A DNA stretch of 23,028 nucleotides, from contig CAYVGZ010000016.1 of NCBI GenBank assembly GCA_964450845.1, positions 1 to 23,028 on the forward strand. Direction: 5' to 3'. The notes below the pieces were generated by a model that was given only the letters and a program-made list of their open reading frames with translations, was not told the origin of the DNA and ran no database searches. The translations under genes were made by a program, and so were the position numbers. Shown one piece after another: positions 8,197-16,731 of the stretch (position 1 is its first letter; every line of letters begins with the position of its first letter). This stretch comes from an uncultured Candidatus Bathyarchaeia archaeon (GTDB lineage Archaea > Thermoproteota > Bathyarchaeia > Bathyarchaeales > Bathycorpusculaceae).

Positions 8197-8637
8197 TTAG
8201 GCTAAAGAAGCTATTTTTGGCTCGTATTTCCAGTTTGGCGGCAAAACTCCTTCGCGTTTGTAATATCTTGAGAGTTTGTGAATTTTTGCCTCAATAATTT
8301 GAAGTGCTCTTTTGTTATGCGAGTCCCTTTTGTTTCTTTCGAGGTGAATGCCGAGGCTTTCTGCTTTTTTCAGCAGATTTCCCAAGTCTTCTGGCATTGC
8401 TGGCGCAAGCTCTGCATCCTTAAGTATTTTTGTCACGGTCTTGCCAGTTATTGGTTTTACTAAGGGAATTGCGTACTGATCCCTTAGGATTGTTCCAATT
8501 CGGCTCGGCGGGTTTCCTTCCTTTGCCAGTTTGATGACGAGACCTTCCACTTCTTCTGGCTGATATTTGCACCAGCTTGGAGGTCGCTTGCTGACTGGTC
8601 TTATTTGGTGGGCTTTTCCTTTTTCTTGTTTAGGCAT
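8197..8637 (-). CDS. rps15: 30S ribosomal protein S15 (uS15)
   Basis: P.EVE.LVIKLAKEG..PS.IG.ILRDQY.IP, PEDL.NL.KKA, DSHNKRALQ.IEAKI..L.RYYK...LP..WKY. Confidence 0.96.
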   Translation of the reverse strand: MPKQEKGKAHQIRPVSKRPPSWCKYQPEEVEGLVIKLAKEGNPPSRIGTILRDQYAIPLVKPITGKTVTKILKDAELAPAMPEDLGNLLKKAESLGIHLERNKRDSHNKRALQIIEAKIHKLSRYYKREGVLPPNWKYEPKIASLA

Positions 8638-8676
8638 TTTTATTCCCTTAAACTCTGTATGAGCGAACGTAGACAG

Positions 8677-8684
8677 ATATTTAA
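8677..8684 (-). promoter_or_regulatory. Probable TATA box of rps15
   Basis: TTAAATAT on the minus strand, 40 nt upstream of the ATG at 8637. Confidence 0.5.
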
Positions 8685-8721
8685 GATTATTGATTGAAAG
8701 TAAATACTGTCTTGGTCTTTG

Positions 8722-9312
8722 TTAATGAAGTTTTTTGTACCATTCTGCAAACTTATGCAATGCCTCTGCACGGTGCGAATGCTTGTTTTTTTCTGCCAAG
8801 CTCATTTCTGCGAATGTTTTATTGCAATTTGCTGGCTTAAAAATCGGGTCAAATCCAAAACTGGATTTATGGTCTCCTTTTCTTTCTTCTTTTGTTATTT
8901 CTCCAATGGCTTCTCCCTTAAAGCATGCTGGTGATTTGAATTCTGCAGAATAGTACGCTACTGCTGACTGGAACTCAGCCTTTCTGTTTTCGACGTTTTC
9001 CAAAAGTCGCAGTAAACCTCTATTACCTATTGTTTTGTAGACGTAAGCGGCGTAAGGTCCGGGAAAACCATTTAACGCCCCTATAAATAGTCCTGCATCT
9101 TCTACTATTATTGGCAAATTGGAGCGTTTATATGCCTCCAAGGCGCTTGTTTTTGCAATTTCCTCTAGGCTTTCGCTTTGAATTTCTAATGTTTTGACCC
9201 TAAGCATACCTACGGCTATTTTGTATTCAGCTAACACTTTGCGGGCTTCATTGAACTTGTTTATGTTGTTTGTTGCGAAGAATATGACTCTGCCTTTTAG
9301 TTGAAAATTCAT
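8722..9312 (-). CDS. rdgB: Non-canonical purine NTP pyrophosphatase (RdgB/HAM1 family)
   Basis: FATNN.NK..E, EIQ, VEDAGL...ALNGFPGPY, FGFDPIF, K..HSHR motifs. Confidence 0.95.
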   Translation of the reverse strand: MNFQLKGRVIFFATNNINKFNEARKVLAEYKIAVGMLRVKTLEIQSESLEEIAKTSALEAYKRSNLPIIVEDAGLFIGALNGFPGPYAAYVYKTIGNRGLLRLLENVENRKAEFQSAVAYYSAEFKSPACFKGEAIGEITKEERKGDHKSSFGFDPIFKPANCNKTFAEMSLAEKNKHSHRAEALHKFAEWYKKLH

Positions 9313-9318
9313 GTTGAT

Positions 9319-9720
9319 TCACGGCTTTTTTTGAGCGCCTTTGGCTGAAATATTGAAGTATTTTTCCCAGTTTATCTGTGCGATTTCTAGGATGTGCCCG
9401 TCTGGGTCTGTGAAGGTCGCTTGTTTTCCACCCCAAGGTTCATCATGCAACTCTTTAGTGAATTTCACACCTTTACTCTTCAAATCCTCATAGACTTTGT
9501 CCACATTGTCTACGAGAAATTCTACAGAAGGCGATGTCTGGCTTGCTTTTTGTTCGCTTTCTGGTTTGGGGATTAGTCCTATCTCCACGCCGCCACATTC
9601 AAAACCAACGTAACTTGAGTATTCGTATTTCTTTTCCAAGCCCAAGATTTTTTCATAAAATTTTTTAGCCTTTCCTAAATCTGAAACATAAAACGTGATG
9701 CACCAAACAGTTTTAATCAT
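9319..9720 (-). CDS. VOC/glyoxalase-bleomycin resistance family protein
   Basis: V.DL.KA.KFY..ILGL, F.VDNVD..YE.L...GV.F, PWG.....F.DPDG..LEI. Confidence 0.88.
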   Translation of the reverse strand: MIKTVWCITFYVSDLGKAKKFYEKILGLEKKYEYSSYVGFECGGVEIGLIPKPESEQKASQTSPSVEFLVDNVDKVYEDLKSKGVKFTKELHDEPWGGKQATFTDPDGHILEIAQINWEKYFNISAKGAQKKP

Positions 9721-10382
9721 TCTGGCTCACCTTTCCTTTCAGCAACATATCTTCCTCTTCTCTCTATCTCCTTTATCTTGTCTAAAATGTTTTTCACAGC
9801 CTCAGCGCCCAGAACTTTAGAATACCCCGTAATTACAGCGTCAAAGCATTCTTCAGTAAAGCGGAAATGTGTACTTTGCAAAGCCCTCTTCATAAGGTGC
9901 AAATCGACTCCTCTTGCTTCCAACTCTTTTGATTTCTCGCCAAGTCCAAAATCCACAAAGAAAATTTTTCCTTCAGAATCCAGAATCATGTTTGAAGTAG
10001 TTAAATCGCCATGAATTATTCCATATTCATGAAGTCTCCCTATTAATTCGCCAATTTTTAGACATAGGCTTTGTCTTTTGCTCTTTGCAACTTCGCCTAA
10101 CAATTGTTTCACTTGCTTTCCTTCTATAAACTCCATTATTATTATGGCGTTTTTTAAGTCAACCAGAAAAATCGTTGGCGTTGGCACTCCAGCCTTTTTT
10201 GCCTCATGCATTAATTGCGGTTCATGAATTGTCCTGTAAGTTTTGATCTGTTCATCTAGCCTTGATGGACGATATTTTTTGGGCAAGCGCTTCTTCATTA
10301 TCACTTTTCTGCCATGCCAATCTGCGAGGTAAAGGCTGGCTTCTGCTCCTTTCTTAATCAAAAGCGGCTTTGTGTTACCCAT
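9717..10382 (-). CDS. bud32: KEOPS kinase Bud32
   Basis: KGAEA, K.R.PK.YR...LD, GV.TP, IIHGDLTTSNMI, FVDFGL, VDLHL, IE.RGRY. Confidence 0.95.
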   Translation of the reverse strand: MGNTKPLLIKKGAEASLYLADWHGRKVIMKKRLPKKYRPSRLDEQIKTYRTIHEPQLMHEAKKAGVPTPTIFLVDLKNAIIIMEFIEGKQVKQLLGEVAKSKRQSLCLKIGELIGRLHEYGIIHGDLTTSNMILDSEGKIFFVDFGLGEKSKELEARGVDLHLMKRALQSTHFRFTEECFDAVITGYSKVLGAEAVKNILDKIKEIERRGRYVAERKGEPE

Positions 10383-11392
10383 GGAACTTCAACCTCTTCA
10401 AGCCGCCACCTCAGTTTTACAAAGCTTTTCTCGATTGGTGTAACCAAGCCACATTTGTAAGCAAGTACACCAGTCCATGCAATCATTGCTCCATTGTCAA
10501 TTGCAAATTGGCTTGGCACGACGCAGAATTCAGCGTTATGCTCTTTCGCAATGGTTTCAACCATAGATTGCAATTTTTTGTTGGCAGCAACTCCACCAGT
10601 TAATAAAACCTCTTTCTTTTCTGTGTGGGCTAAGGCTCTCTCTGTTACTTCTGTAACCATTGAGAAAGCTGTCTCTTGGAGACTATAACATAAATCCTCT
10701 AGCCTATATCCTCCTTTTTTGGTCAAGTTAACTGTGGCGGTTAGTAATCCGCTGAAGGATGTGTCCATGCCTTTAACGGTGTACGGTAGAGAAATCAGTT
10801 TCTTTCCTTTCGTCGCAAGTTTTTCAACGATAGCCCCAAATGGCATACCTTCCTTTTGGCGCAGTCCTGCCTCTCTTGCAAAAACGTCCAAACAGTTTCC
10901 AAGGGCAATGTCCAATGTTTCACCAAAAACTCTGTAGCGTTCAGAATCAAAGGCTGCAACTATGGTGTTTCCGCCAGAAACATATAGTGTGATAGGGTCG
11001 CTAGCATTTGTTTTCAGTTTCCCTATCTCGATGTGTGCTACGCAATGGTTGACTCCAACCAGAGGAACATTAAGATAGGACGCCAGTGCACGGGCTACAG
11101 TTGCACCTGTGCGAAGACATGGACCTAAACCTGGACCTTGAGAAAATGCGACAACTGATAAGTTCTGTGGTTTTATTCTTGATTTTGTGAAGGCTTCTTC
11201 CAAGACTTTGTTTGCTTCTTCTGCGTGGTGTCTCGCTGCTTCTCGTGGATGGATGCCGCCTTCTTCTGGCATATAGGCGCTTATTATGTTAGCTAATATT
11301 TCGCCGTCAAACGTTGATATTCCAACGCTGAAGTCGTCTGCTGTTGACTCGATTCCTAAACAATATGATTTGCTTGCCTTTTTCTTCGTCAT
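10358..11392 (-). CDS. kae1: tRNA N6-threonylcarbamoyladenosine biosynthesis protein Kae1/TsaD
   Basis: LGIESTA, GGIHPREAA.HH, GPGLGPCLR, VNHCVAHIEIG, YVSGGNT, GETLDI.LGN.LD, GGVAAN, DNGAMIAW. The start may instead be 11410. Confidence 0.96.
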   Translation of the reverse strand: MTKKKASKSYCLGIESTADDFSVGISTFDGEILANIISAYMPEEGGIHPREAARHHAEEANKVLEEAFTKSRIKPQNLSVVAFSQGPGLGPCLRTGATVARALASYLNVPLVGVNHCVAHIEIGKLKTNASDPITLYVSGGNTIVAAFDSERYRVFGETLDIALGNCLDVFAREAGLRQKEGMPFGAIVEKLATKGKKLISLPYTVKGMDTSFSGLLTATVNLTKKGGYRLEDLCYSLQETAFSMVTEVTERALAHTEKKEVLLTGGVAANKKLQSMVETIAKEHNAEFCVVPSQFAIDNGAMIAWTGVLAYKCGLVTPIEKSFVKLRWRLEEVEVPWVTQSRF

Positions 11393-11489
11393 TTTATCGT
11401 CCTTCATCATTAAATCCTTACAGTTTTAAACATATCTTTTTATCTAAAACTGCACATATTAATAAGTGGAAGACTTGGAACTGGTGAAA

Positions 11490-11867
11490 ATGTCGAAACG
11501 CAATGACTTAGAGCAGAAAGCCTTACAATTCATAATGAATACAGGCTTTGATGGCATACTTCAATCTGAGTTATGGCGAAAACTCAGAGCAAGCAGTAGG
11601 GAGGGCTCAAGAATTGCCATAAAACTAGAGGATAAAAGGCTAATTCGCAGAGAGAAGGAACTGCGCGATGGAAGATGGACTTATAGGCTTTATCCGAAAA
11701 GGCTTCCTGCAAGAATAGATTCAATAGCGGACGTTCCATGCCTAATGTGCCCAGACAATCCCAGATGTGACCCATCAAGTGCAATTTCGCCACAAAACTG
11801 CGAAAAACTCACAGAATGGCTTCTTTCCATATCCAAAAACGAATCTAGAGCATTGGGTGACAGCTAG
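11490..11867 (+). CDS. tfeB: Transcription factor E beta subunit (archaeal RPC34/RPC39 ortholog)
   Basis: N-terminal winged HTH (GILQSELWRKL..SSREGSRI...LE....I.R.K) plus C-terminal PCxxC-x5-C-x10-C, the same Cys spacing as the [4Fe-4S] site of TFE-beta/RPC39. ATG at 11490 follows GGTGA. Confidence 0.8.
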   Translation: MSKRNDLEQKALQFIMNTGFDGILQSELWRKLRASSREGSRIAIKLEDKRLIRREKELRDGRWTYRLYPKRLPARIDSIADVPCLMCPDNPRCDPSSAISPQNCEKLTEWLLSISKNESRALGDS

Positions 11868-11869
11868 TT

Positions 11870-12487
11870 TTGCCAAAGGCGTGGATTCAGGAGAGGAAAA
11901 AGGATTATTATTATAGGAAGGCTAAAGAGGAAAAATATCGCTCTAGAGCAGCCTACAAGCTTTTTCAAGCAATTGAGAAATATCATTTCATAAAAAACGG
12001 CGATGTTGTTGTAGATTTGGGTGCAGCGCCGGGTGGCTGGGTTCAAGCTGCAAGGAAAATTGTTGGAAGCAGGGGTTTTGTTCTAGGAGTCGATTTGAAA
12101 CCCATCGAACCTTTCCCGCAAAGTAATGTTCGAACAATAATAAGCGACATAAGTGAACAAGAAACATTGGAGCAGATTTTGACTATGGTTCCAAAAAAGG
12201 CTGACGTCGTAATTTCAGATGCTTCGCCAAACATCTCTGGAATATGGGAAGTTGACCACGCCCGCCAAATAGACTTGGCACATAAATCATTAGAAATTGC
12301 TTTGGAAACGCTGAAGCCTTCTGGAAATTTTTTCGCAAAAGTTTTCGAAGGAGACATGCTTAACGATTTCATTAAAAAGGTGAAAAAACATTTTGGGGAT
12401 GTAAGAATAATAAAGCCTAAAGCAAGTAGAGCCAAAAGCTCAGAAATATTCGTTTTGGGAATGCACTTAACGAAATCAGTGGATTAA
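11870..12487 (+). CDS. rlmE: 23S rRNA 2'-O-methyltransferase RlmE/FtsJ
   Basis: YRSRAAYKL, VVDLGAAPGGW, GVDL, SDASPN.SG, KVF.G, KP.ASR..SSE (K-D-K-E tetrad). Confidence 0.95.
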   Translation: MPKAWIQERKKDYYYRKAKEEKYRSRAAYKLFQAIEKYHFIKNGDVVVDLGAAPGGWVQAARKIVGSRGFVLGVDLKPIEPFPQSNVRTIISDISEQETLEQILTMVPKKADVVISDASPNISGIWEVDHARQIDLAHKSLEIALETLKPSGNFFAKVFEGDMLNDFIKKVKKHFGDVRIIKPKASRAKSSEIFVLGMHLTKSVD

Positions 12488-12533
12488 GCAGCAAAGATAA
12501 ATTCTAATTAAACATATTTAAAACCAAGGTGAA

Positions 12534-13229
12534 ATGTTGAAAATCATTGCCGCGGATTCTTCGGCAGCAATACTTAATGACAAGTTTGAACCAGTGTCGA
12601 TTGTTGCAGCCACATCTGTACTAGTTGAGCCACCTTATAGAGAGCCAAGCGTGTTTTTACCTGAACCCATTTTTGCTGATGCACAAAAAGGACCTGAAGT
12701 CATAGTGCATGAGGCTGAGCTTTGCAGAGAGTTGATTGGGAAAACAAAGGCGGATATTGTTCATATTGACATATCTCTTGGAGCGATTCCGCTTGAGCAG
12801 TTATCGCCAATTCAGTTTCCTAACATGAGAATTTCCAACAGGGCAAAGCGTAGTCTTCTAAAAATTCTGCCCAAGCTGAGAAAAATTGCCGGCGAAATCA
12901 CACAAAAATATGGAGTTGAAGTTCTAGCCATAGGAAAAGAAAGCATTCCCGTAAGGATTGCAGAGTTAACAGCCGGAGCACACGCAATCTTGTATGCATG
13001 CGAAAAGGCTGTCAAAGAGAACAAGGCACTTTTGCTTGGTTTGCCCTCTAAATGCCAGCCTAGAATGGCTGAAAAAAGAGTCTACCTTTACTCTCTTATG
13101 GATGCGGAACACGATGTTAGAGGTTACGCAGAAGACACAGAAGAAATTTTGAAAAAAGTTAATATTGCGGAAATGTTAAACCCGTGTGCAAGAGGTTTCC
13201 GAATCTTGAAAATAAACCCAAAAACGTGA
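12534..13229 (+). CDS. Conserved archaeal protein resembling DUF4152 family, possible RNase H-like fold
   Basis: IIAADS...L...FEP......VLVE.PY, D.VH.D.SLG, AIGKES.PVRIAE, L.GLP and NP..R.F recall Thermococcales DUF4152 proteins (from memory, not searched). Confidence 0.65.
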   Translation: MLKIIAADSSAAILNDKFEPVSIVAATSVLVEPPYREPSVFLPEPIFADAQKGPEVIVHEAELCRELIGKTKADIVHIDISLGAIPLEQLSPIQFPNMRISNRAKRSLLKILPKLRKIAGEITQKYGVEVLAIGKESIPVRIAELTAGAHAILYACEKAVKENKALLLGLPSKCQPRMAEKRVYLYSLMDAEHDVRGYAEDTEEILKKVNIAEMLNPCARGFRILKINPKT

Positions 13230-13251
13230 AAGGTTAAAGGGGTGATTTTGG

Positions 13252-13803
13252 ATGAAACTGATTTTTTGGCAAACTTTTCCCCCAAGAATCAAAAGAATAA
13301 TGACAGTCGCAGCTTTTTTCTTTCTTGCTATCATCATAACGATTGCGGGCATATTAACTCCGCTAAGCAATGAAGAGATAAACACATTAGGCAAAGGACT
13401 TGAAGAAACTCAAGAAAACATAGACAGTCTGCCAGAGGTGCAACAAGTTTCATCTATTTTCGGAAACAATTTCATGATATGCTTGGCAGGCTTTGTGCCA
13501 ATAGCTGGGCCTATCTTCGAGTTTTATGCATTGTATAGTACTGGTGTTGTGATTTCGGCATATGTAGCATACGATGAAAGTATTCAAGCGAGTCCTCTGC
13601 TATTATTCTTATTGTTGTTTATTTTTCCGTTTACATGGCTGGAGTTCTTGGCATACTCGACAGCCATTGCTGAAAGCTTTTGGTTGACATGGCGAATAAT
13701 CCAACATAAATGGAAAACAGAAATTAAAAACGCGTGCATATTAATATCAATTTGTGCGGTGATGTTGCTGGTTGCTGCAATCATAGAGGCTGCCCTAATT
13801 TAG
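13252..13803 (+). CDS. Stage II sporulation protein M (SpoIIM/DUF95)-like membrane protein
   Basis: About four hydrophobic segments; SIFGNN, P.AG, P...LEF.AY, C-terminal LL.AAIIEA. Confidence 0.78.
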   Translation: MKLIFWQTFPPRIKRIMTVAAFFFLAIIITIAGILTPLSNEEINTLGKGLEETQENIDSLPEVQQVSSIFGNNFMICLAGFVPIAGPIFEFYALYSTGVVISAYVAYDESIQASPLLLFLLLFIFPFTWLEFLAYSTAIAESFWLTWRIIQHKWKTEIKNACILISICAVMLLVAAIIEAALI

Positions 13804-14672
13804 TGGCTTAGCAGCCTTGTTTTTGTGATTTCTAGACTTATGTCCAGTGCCTTCGCGCTGTCTGTTATTTCGCCTAGGCTTACGATGTCAACCCCAGTTG
13901 ATGCAAATGCTACTATGTTTTCAGCAGTTATTCCACCACTGGCTTCTAACAAAACTTTCCCAAAAAATCCCGCCTTTTTCAGTAACTCGATTGCTTTCTT
14001 TATTTGTTTTGGAGAAAAATTATCTATCATGATTATGTCTACACCAGCTTTCGCAGTGACTAAAACATCTTCAATCCTCGCCACTTCCACTTCGATTTTT
14101 TTGCTAAATGAGGCTTTCTCTCTAACCTTTTTAACTGCCTTCACAACGCTTCCAGCCACCTTGATGTGGTTATCTTTTATCAAAATCATGTCATCTAAAT
14201 GAAGCCTATGTGTGTCACCGCCACCCATCAGAACCGCTTTTTTATCAAAATAGAGGAGGCCAGGCGCTGTTTTTCGTGTGCATGCAACTTTCGTTTTGAG
14301 TCCAGCTTTTTGAAGTTTTTCTTTTAGTTTTTTTGTGGTTGTTGCTATGCCGCTCATACGCGAAAGAATGTTTATTAGTGTGCGTTCAGCCGAAAGTATT
14401 GTTTTTGTGTCTCCAGAAATTCTCATCAAAACCTGCTTATCTTTTATCTTTTCTCCATCTGTAATAAACGTGTGCACTTTCAGTCCAAGGCTTTCTAGAA
14501 GAATTCTTCCATCTTCGATTCCAGCAACAACCCCAGACTCTTTCGCTATCACCTCGGCCTCAGCAGCGCTTCCTGTCGGAACAATCATTGCTGTAGTGAC
14601 ATCACCTTGTCCTATATCCTCGGCAAGCATTTTCCAAAGTTTTTCTTCCAAAATTTTGCGCGGTATAAACAT
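13800..14672 (-). CDS. nadC: Nicotinate-nucleotide diphosphorylase (quinolinate phosphoribosyltransferase)
   Basis: ED...GDVTT, ERT..N.L.R.SGIAT, TRKT.PG, HR..L.D..LIKDNH, IEVEV, DIIM.DN, EASGGI. Confidence 0.95.
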   Translation of the reverse strand: MFIPRKILEEKLWKMLAEDIGQGDVTTAMIVPTGSAAEAEVIAKESGVVAGIEDGRILLESLGLKVHTFITDGEKIKDKQVLMRISGDTKTILSAERTLINILSRMSGIATTTKKLKEKLQKAGLKTKVACTRKTAPGLLYFDKKAVLMGGGDTHRLHLDDMILIKDNHIKVAGSVVKAVKKVREKASFSKKIEVEVARIEDVLVTAKAGVDIIMIDNFSPKQIKKAIELLKKAGFFGKVLLEASGGITAENIVAFASTGVDIVSLGEITDSAKALDISLEITKTRLLSH

Positions 14673-14855
14673 GTCTTTCACTTTCACTATCTAACTTAAA
14701 ATACTTGCCCATTTCTCCATTAAGCTTTGTACCACATAAAGTTGCTTTTATTGATTAATGACAAGAAAACCAACGTTTGCTTCTGCAACTGCCTTTCAAT
14801 ATTTCCTTGTTTATTAGGATAATTAAAATAGGTAGGTATGCTCTTTTTTGAGATT

Positions 14856-15998
14856 ATGCGGCTGCTGTTCAGCTGTGTTGAATTAGGTTTGGGGCATGTA
14901 TCGCGGGTCATATCATTAGGAAAGAGGCTAGAAAAAAGAGGAAATGAACTGTTTTTTTTCTCGGGAGGAACAGCTTACCAGCTATTAAAAAAAGAGTTTA
15001 AGAACGTTCTACCGTGCACGCCTGTAGCTTGGTATGAAAGCGCTCATGGAATAAACATCTCGATATCCCTTCTGAACATTTTGGTTCCCCTTCCACGTTA
15101 TCACTTTGAAAAGAATAGGTTTGAGATTAAAAGCTCAAACGCGATGGAAACAATCCACCGTTACTACGACCTTAGAAAGCATATTCGCGAAATCAATCCA
15201 GACTTAATCGTTTCTGATAGCGATATGCATGCATTACGACTTGCACAAAGATTGAAAATTCCCTCTGTCTACATAACGAACATTATTCGACCAAACTATG
15301 ATTTCTCTCCACTCCTCATCCCTGGTGAAAGGTTTACAGAGTGCTATGTGAAAAAAAGTTCAAGAATAGTTGTACCCGATAATCCACCACCATACACTAT
15401 CTGCGAGTATAACTTAGGCGATTTAAACAATATTGGAATCCGAGACAAGGTCAAATTTGTGGGCAGTTTCCTCGATATGACGCCTGCAGAAGGGTCAGAA
15501 AATCATGTCTTCGCCCCAATAAGTGGCCCCCTTGGAACAAGAGCCAAACTAGAGCAAACAATAATTCCAGTACTAAAAAAACTTGAAACAAAAAGCGTAA
15601 TAAGCTTGGGGGTGCCTGGCAAGAAAATTCATACAAAGGTTGGAAACTGTGAAATATACAGTTGGCTGTCACCGCAGGAGCGCTACGAGTATATGAAAAA
15701 CTCCAAAATGATAGTTTTCAGTGGTGGGCACATAACGTGTTTGGAGACTGTAAAATATGTAAAACCGAGTGTTTGCATCCCAACGCAGTCTGAACAAGTG
15801 GGGAATGCGAGGAAAATGCAGGATTTGAATTGTTCAATAGTTGTGAAAAACAGGAAGCAGCTGCGGCTAGCCATTGAGAAAATTGAGGATAATAAACAGT
15901 TTTATAAGAGCAATGTAAAGGCATTGAATCTGTATGCGAACAAGTTTAAGGGTCTTGAGAATGCAGTGGCGATCATTGAAGACTTAGTGAAGACTTAA
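14856..15998 (+). CDS. GT-B fold glycosyltransferase (MurG/GT28-like)
   Basis: N-terminal GLGHVSR, PDLIVSD, C-terminal SGG..T..E and P.Q.EQ..NA donor-binding motifs. The start may instead be 14838. Confidence 0.8.
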   Translation: MRLLFSCVELGLGHVSRVISLGKRLEKRGNELFFFSGGTAYQLLKKEFKNVLPCTPVAWYESAHGINISISLLNILVPLPRYHFEKNRFEIKSSNAMETIHRYYDLRKHIREINPDLIVSDSDMHALRLAQRLKIPSVYITNIIRPNYDFSPLLIPGERFTECYVKKSSRIVVPDNPPPYTICEYNLGDLNNIGIRDKVKFVGSFLDMTPAEGSENHVFAPISGPLGTRAKLEQTIIPVLKKLETKSVISLGVPGKKIHTKVGNCEIYSWLSPQERYEYMKNSKMIVFSGGHITCLETVKYVKPSVCIPTQSEQVGNARKMQDLNCSIVVKNRKQLRLAIEKIEDNKQFYKSNVKALNLYANKFKGLENAVAIIEDLVKT

Positions 15999-16004
15999 AA
16001 AAAA
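15997..16004 (-). terminator. T8 terminator after the AMMECR1 gene
   Basis: Run of 8 T on the minus strand about 25 nt downstream of the stop at 16028. Confidence 0.45.
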
Positions 16005-16027
16005 GAGCAAAGTAGACGCACAGCAGT

Positions 16028-16654
16028 TTATTGCTCGCCAAAGGTTTTGTGCCTCACTTCACCTTTTGGTTTCTCTTCTTCAAAGATTATGGCTTGGAAC
16101 TTGTAGATGTTCGTGCCGTCTAATAGCCAATTGTCTGCAGGTAGACCCGCCTTGATACAGCATTGGCATAGGAATTCTTCGCAGTCCCAGTTGCATTCTA
16201 CTGGTACTTGGGGCAGAAGCAAGCCTTTAAACATCCCTCTTTCCACAATCAATCCATCTTTGCCAACCTTAACTTTTGATGGATACTCACTTGATTTTTT
16301 TGCTTCTATTAACTGCGGAGGCGTAAGAACACTTACCTCAAAAACTACATTGTCAAGTTCGCTTAAGGAGAGCGGATAAAAGCGGGGGTCTTGGGTTGCC
16401 GAGCTTATGGCAGATTCGATAACTGCCTGAACCAGTGGGGTGGTCGGATAAGGGTAGCCAATGCATCCTCGTAATTCTTTCTCTCCGTCCCTTATCGTGT
16501 TTATCGTAACGAATACTCCACATGGCTGCAGAAGTTTTTCAGAAATATTTTCTGAAGCTCGGACTTTTTTCCTAGATTTTAAATATTCTTCTACAGCCTT
16601 GCGAGCGAACTGAACTAGGAATTTTCCTTCTTCCAAGCTTAGTTCAAGTGACAA
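16028..16654 (-). CDS. AMMECR1/AmmeMemoRadiSam protein A domain protein
   Basis: GVFVT, LRGCIG, SAT.DPRF.P, EVSVLT.P, G.DGLI, GLLLPQV, L...C.KAGL. TTG at 16654 follows GGAG; 16681 is an alternative. Confidence 0.92.
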   Translation of the reverse strand: MSLELSLEEGKFLVQFARKAVEEYLKSRKKVRASENISEKLLQPCGVFVTINTIRDGEKELRGCIGYPYPTTPLVQAVIESAISSATQDPRFYPLSLSELDNVVFEVSVLTPPQLIEAKKSSEYPSKVKVGKDGLIVERGMFKGLLLPQVPVECNWDCEEFLCQCCIKAGLPADNWLLDGTNIYKFQAIIFEEEKPKGEVRHKTFGEQ

Positions 16655-16731
16655 TTTATGCTCTCCGCCGTTCGCTGGCAATTGTTTGTTATGCAGAGAT
16701 TAAAGTTTAAATTTTTGCAAAAGTTTCGGGT

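Noticed and set aside
10358-10382. 25-nt kae1/bud32 overlap as a programmed frameshift yielding the Kae1-Bud32 fusion known in other archaea
   Set aside because: No slippery heptamer at the junction, and bud32 has its own ATG; ordinary translational coupling explains it.
14720-14911. 63-aa minus-strand ORF upstream of nadC
   Set aside because: No recognisable motif; it overlaps the glycosyltransferase start and the divergent promoter region.
16713-16722. Palindrome TTTTGCAAAA near the AMMECR1 promoter resembling half of the 6325 palindrome
   Set aside because: Ten AT-rich bases with different symmetry; expected by chance.
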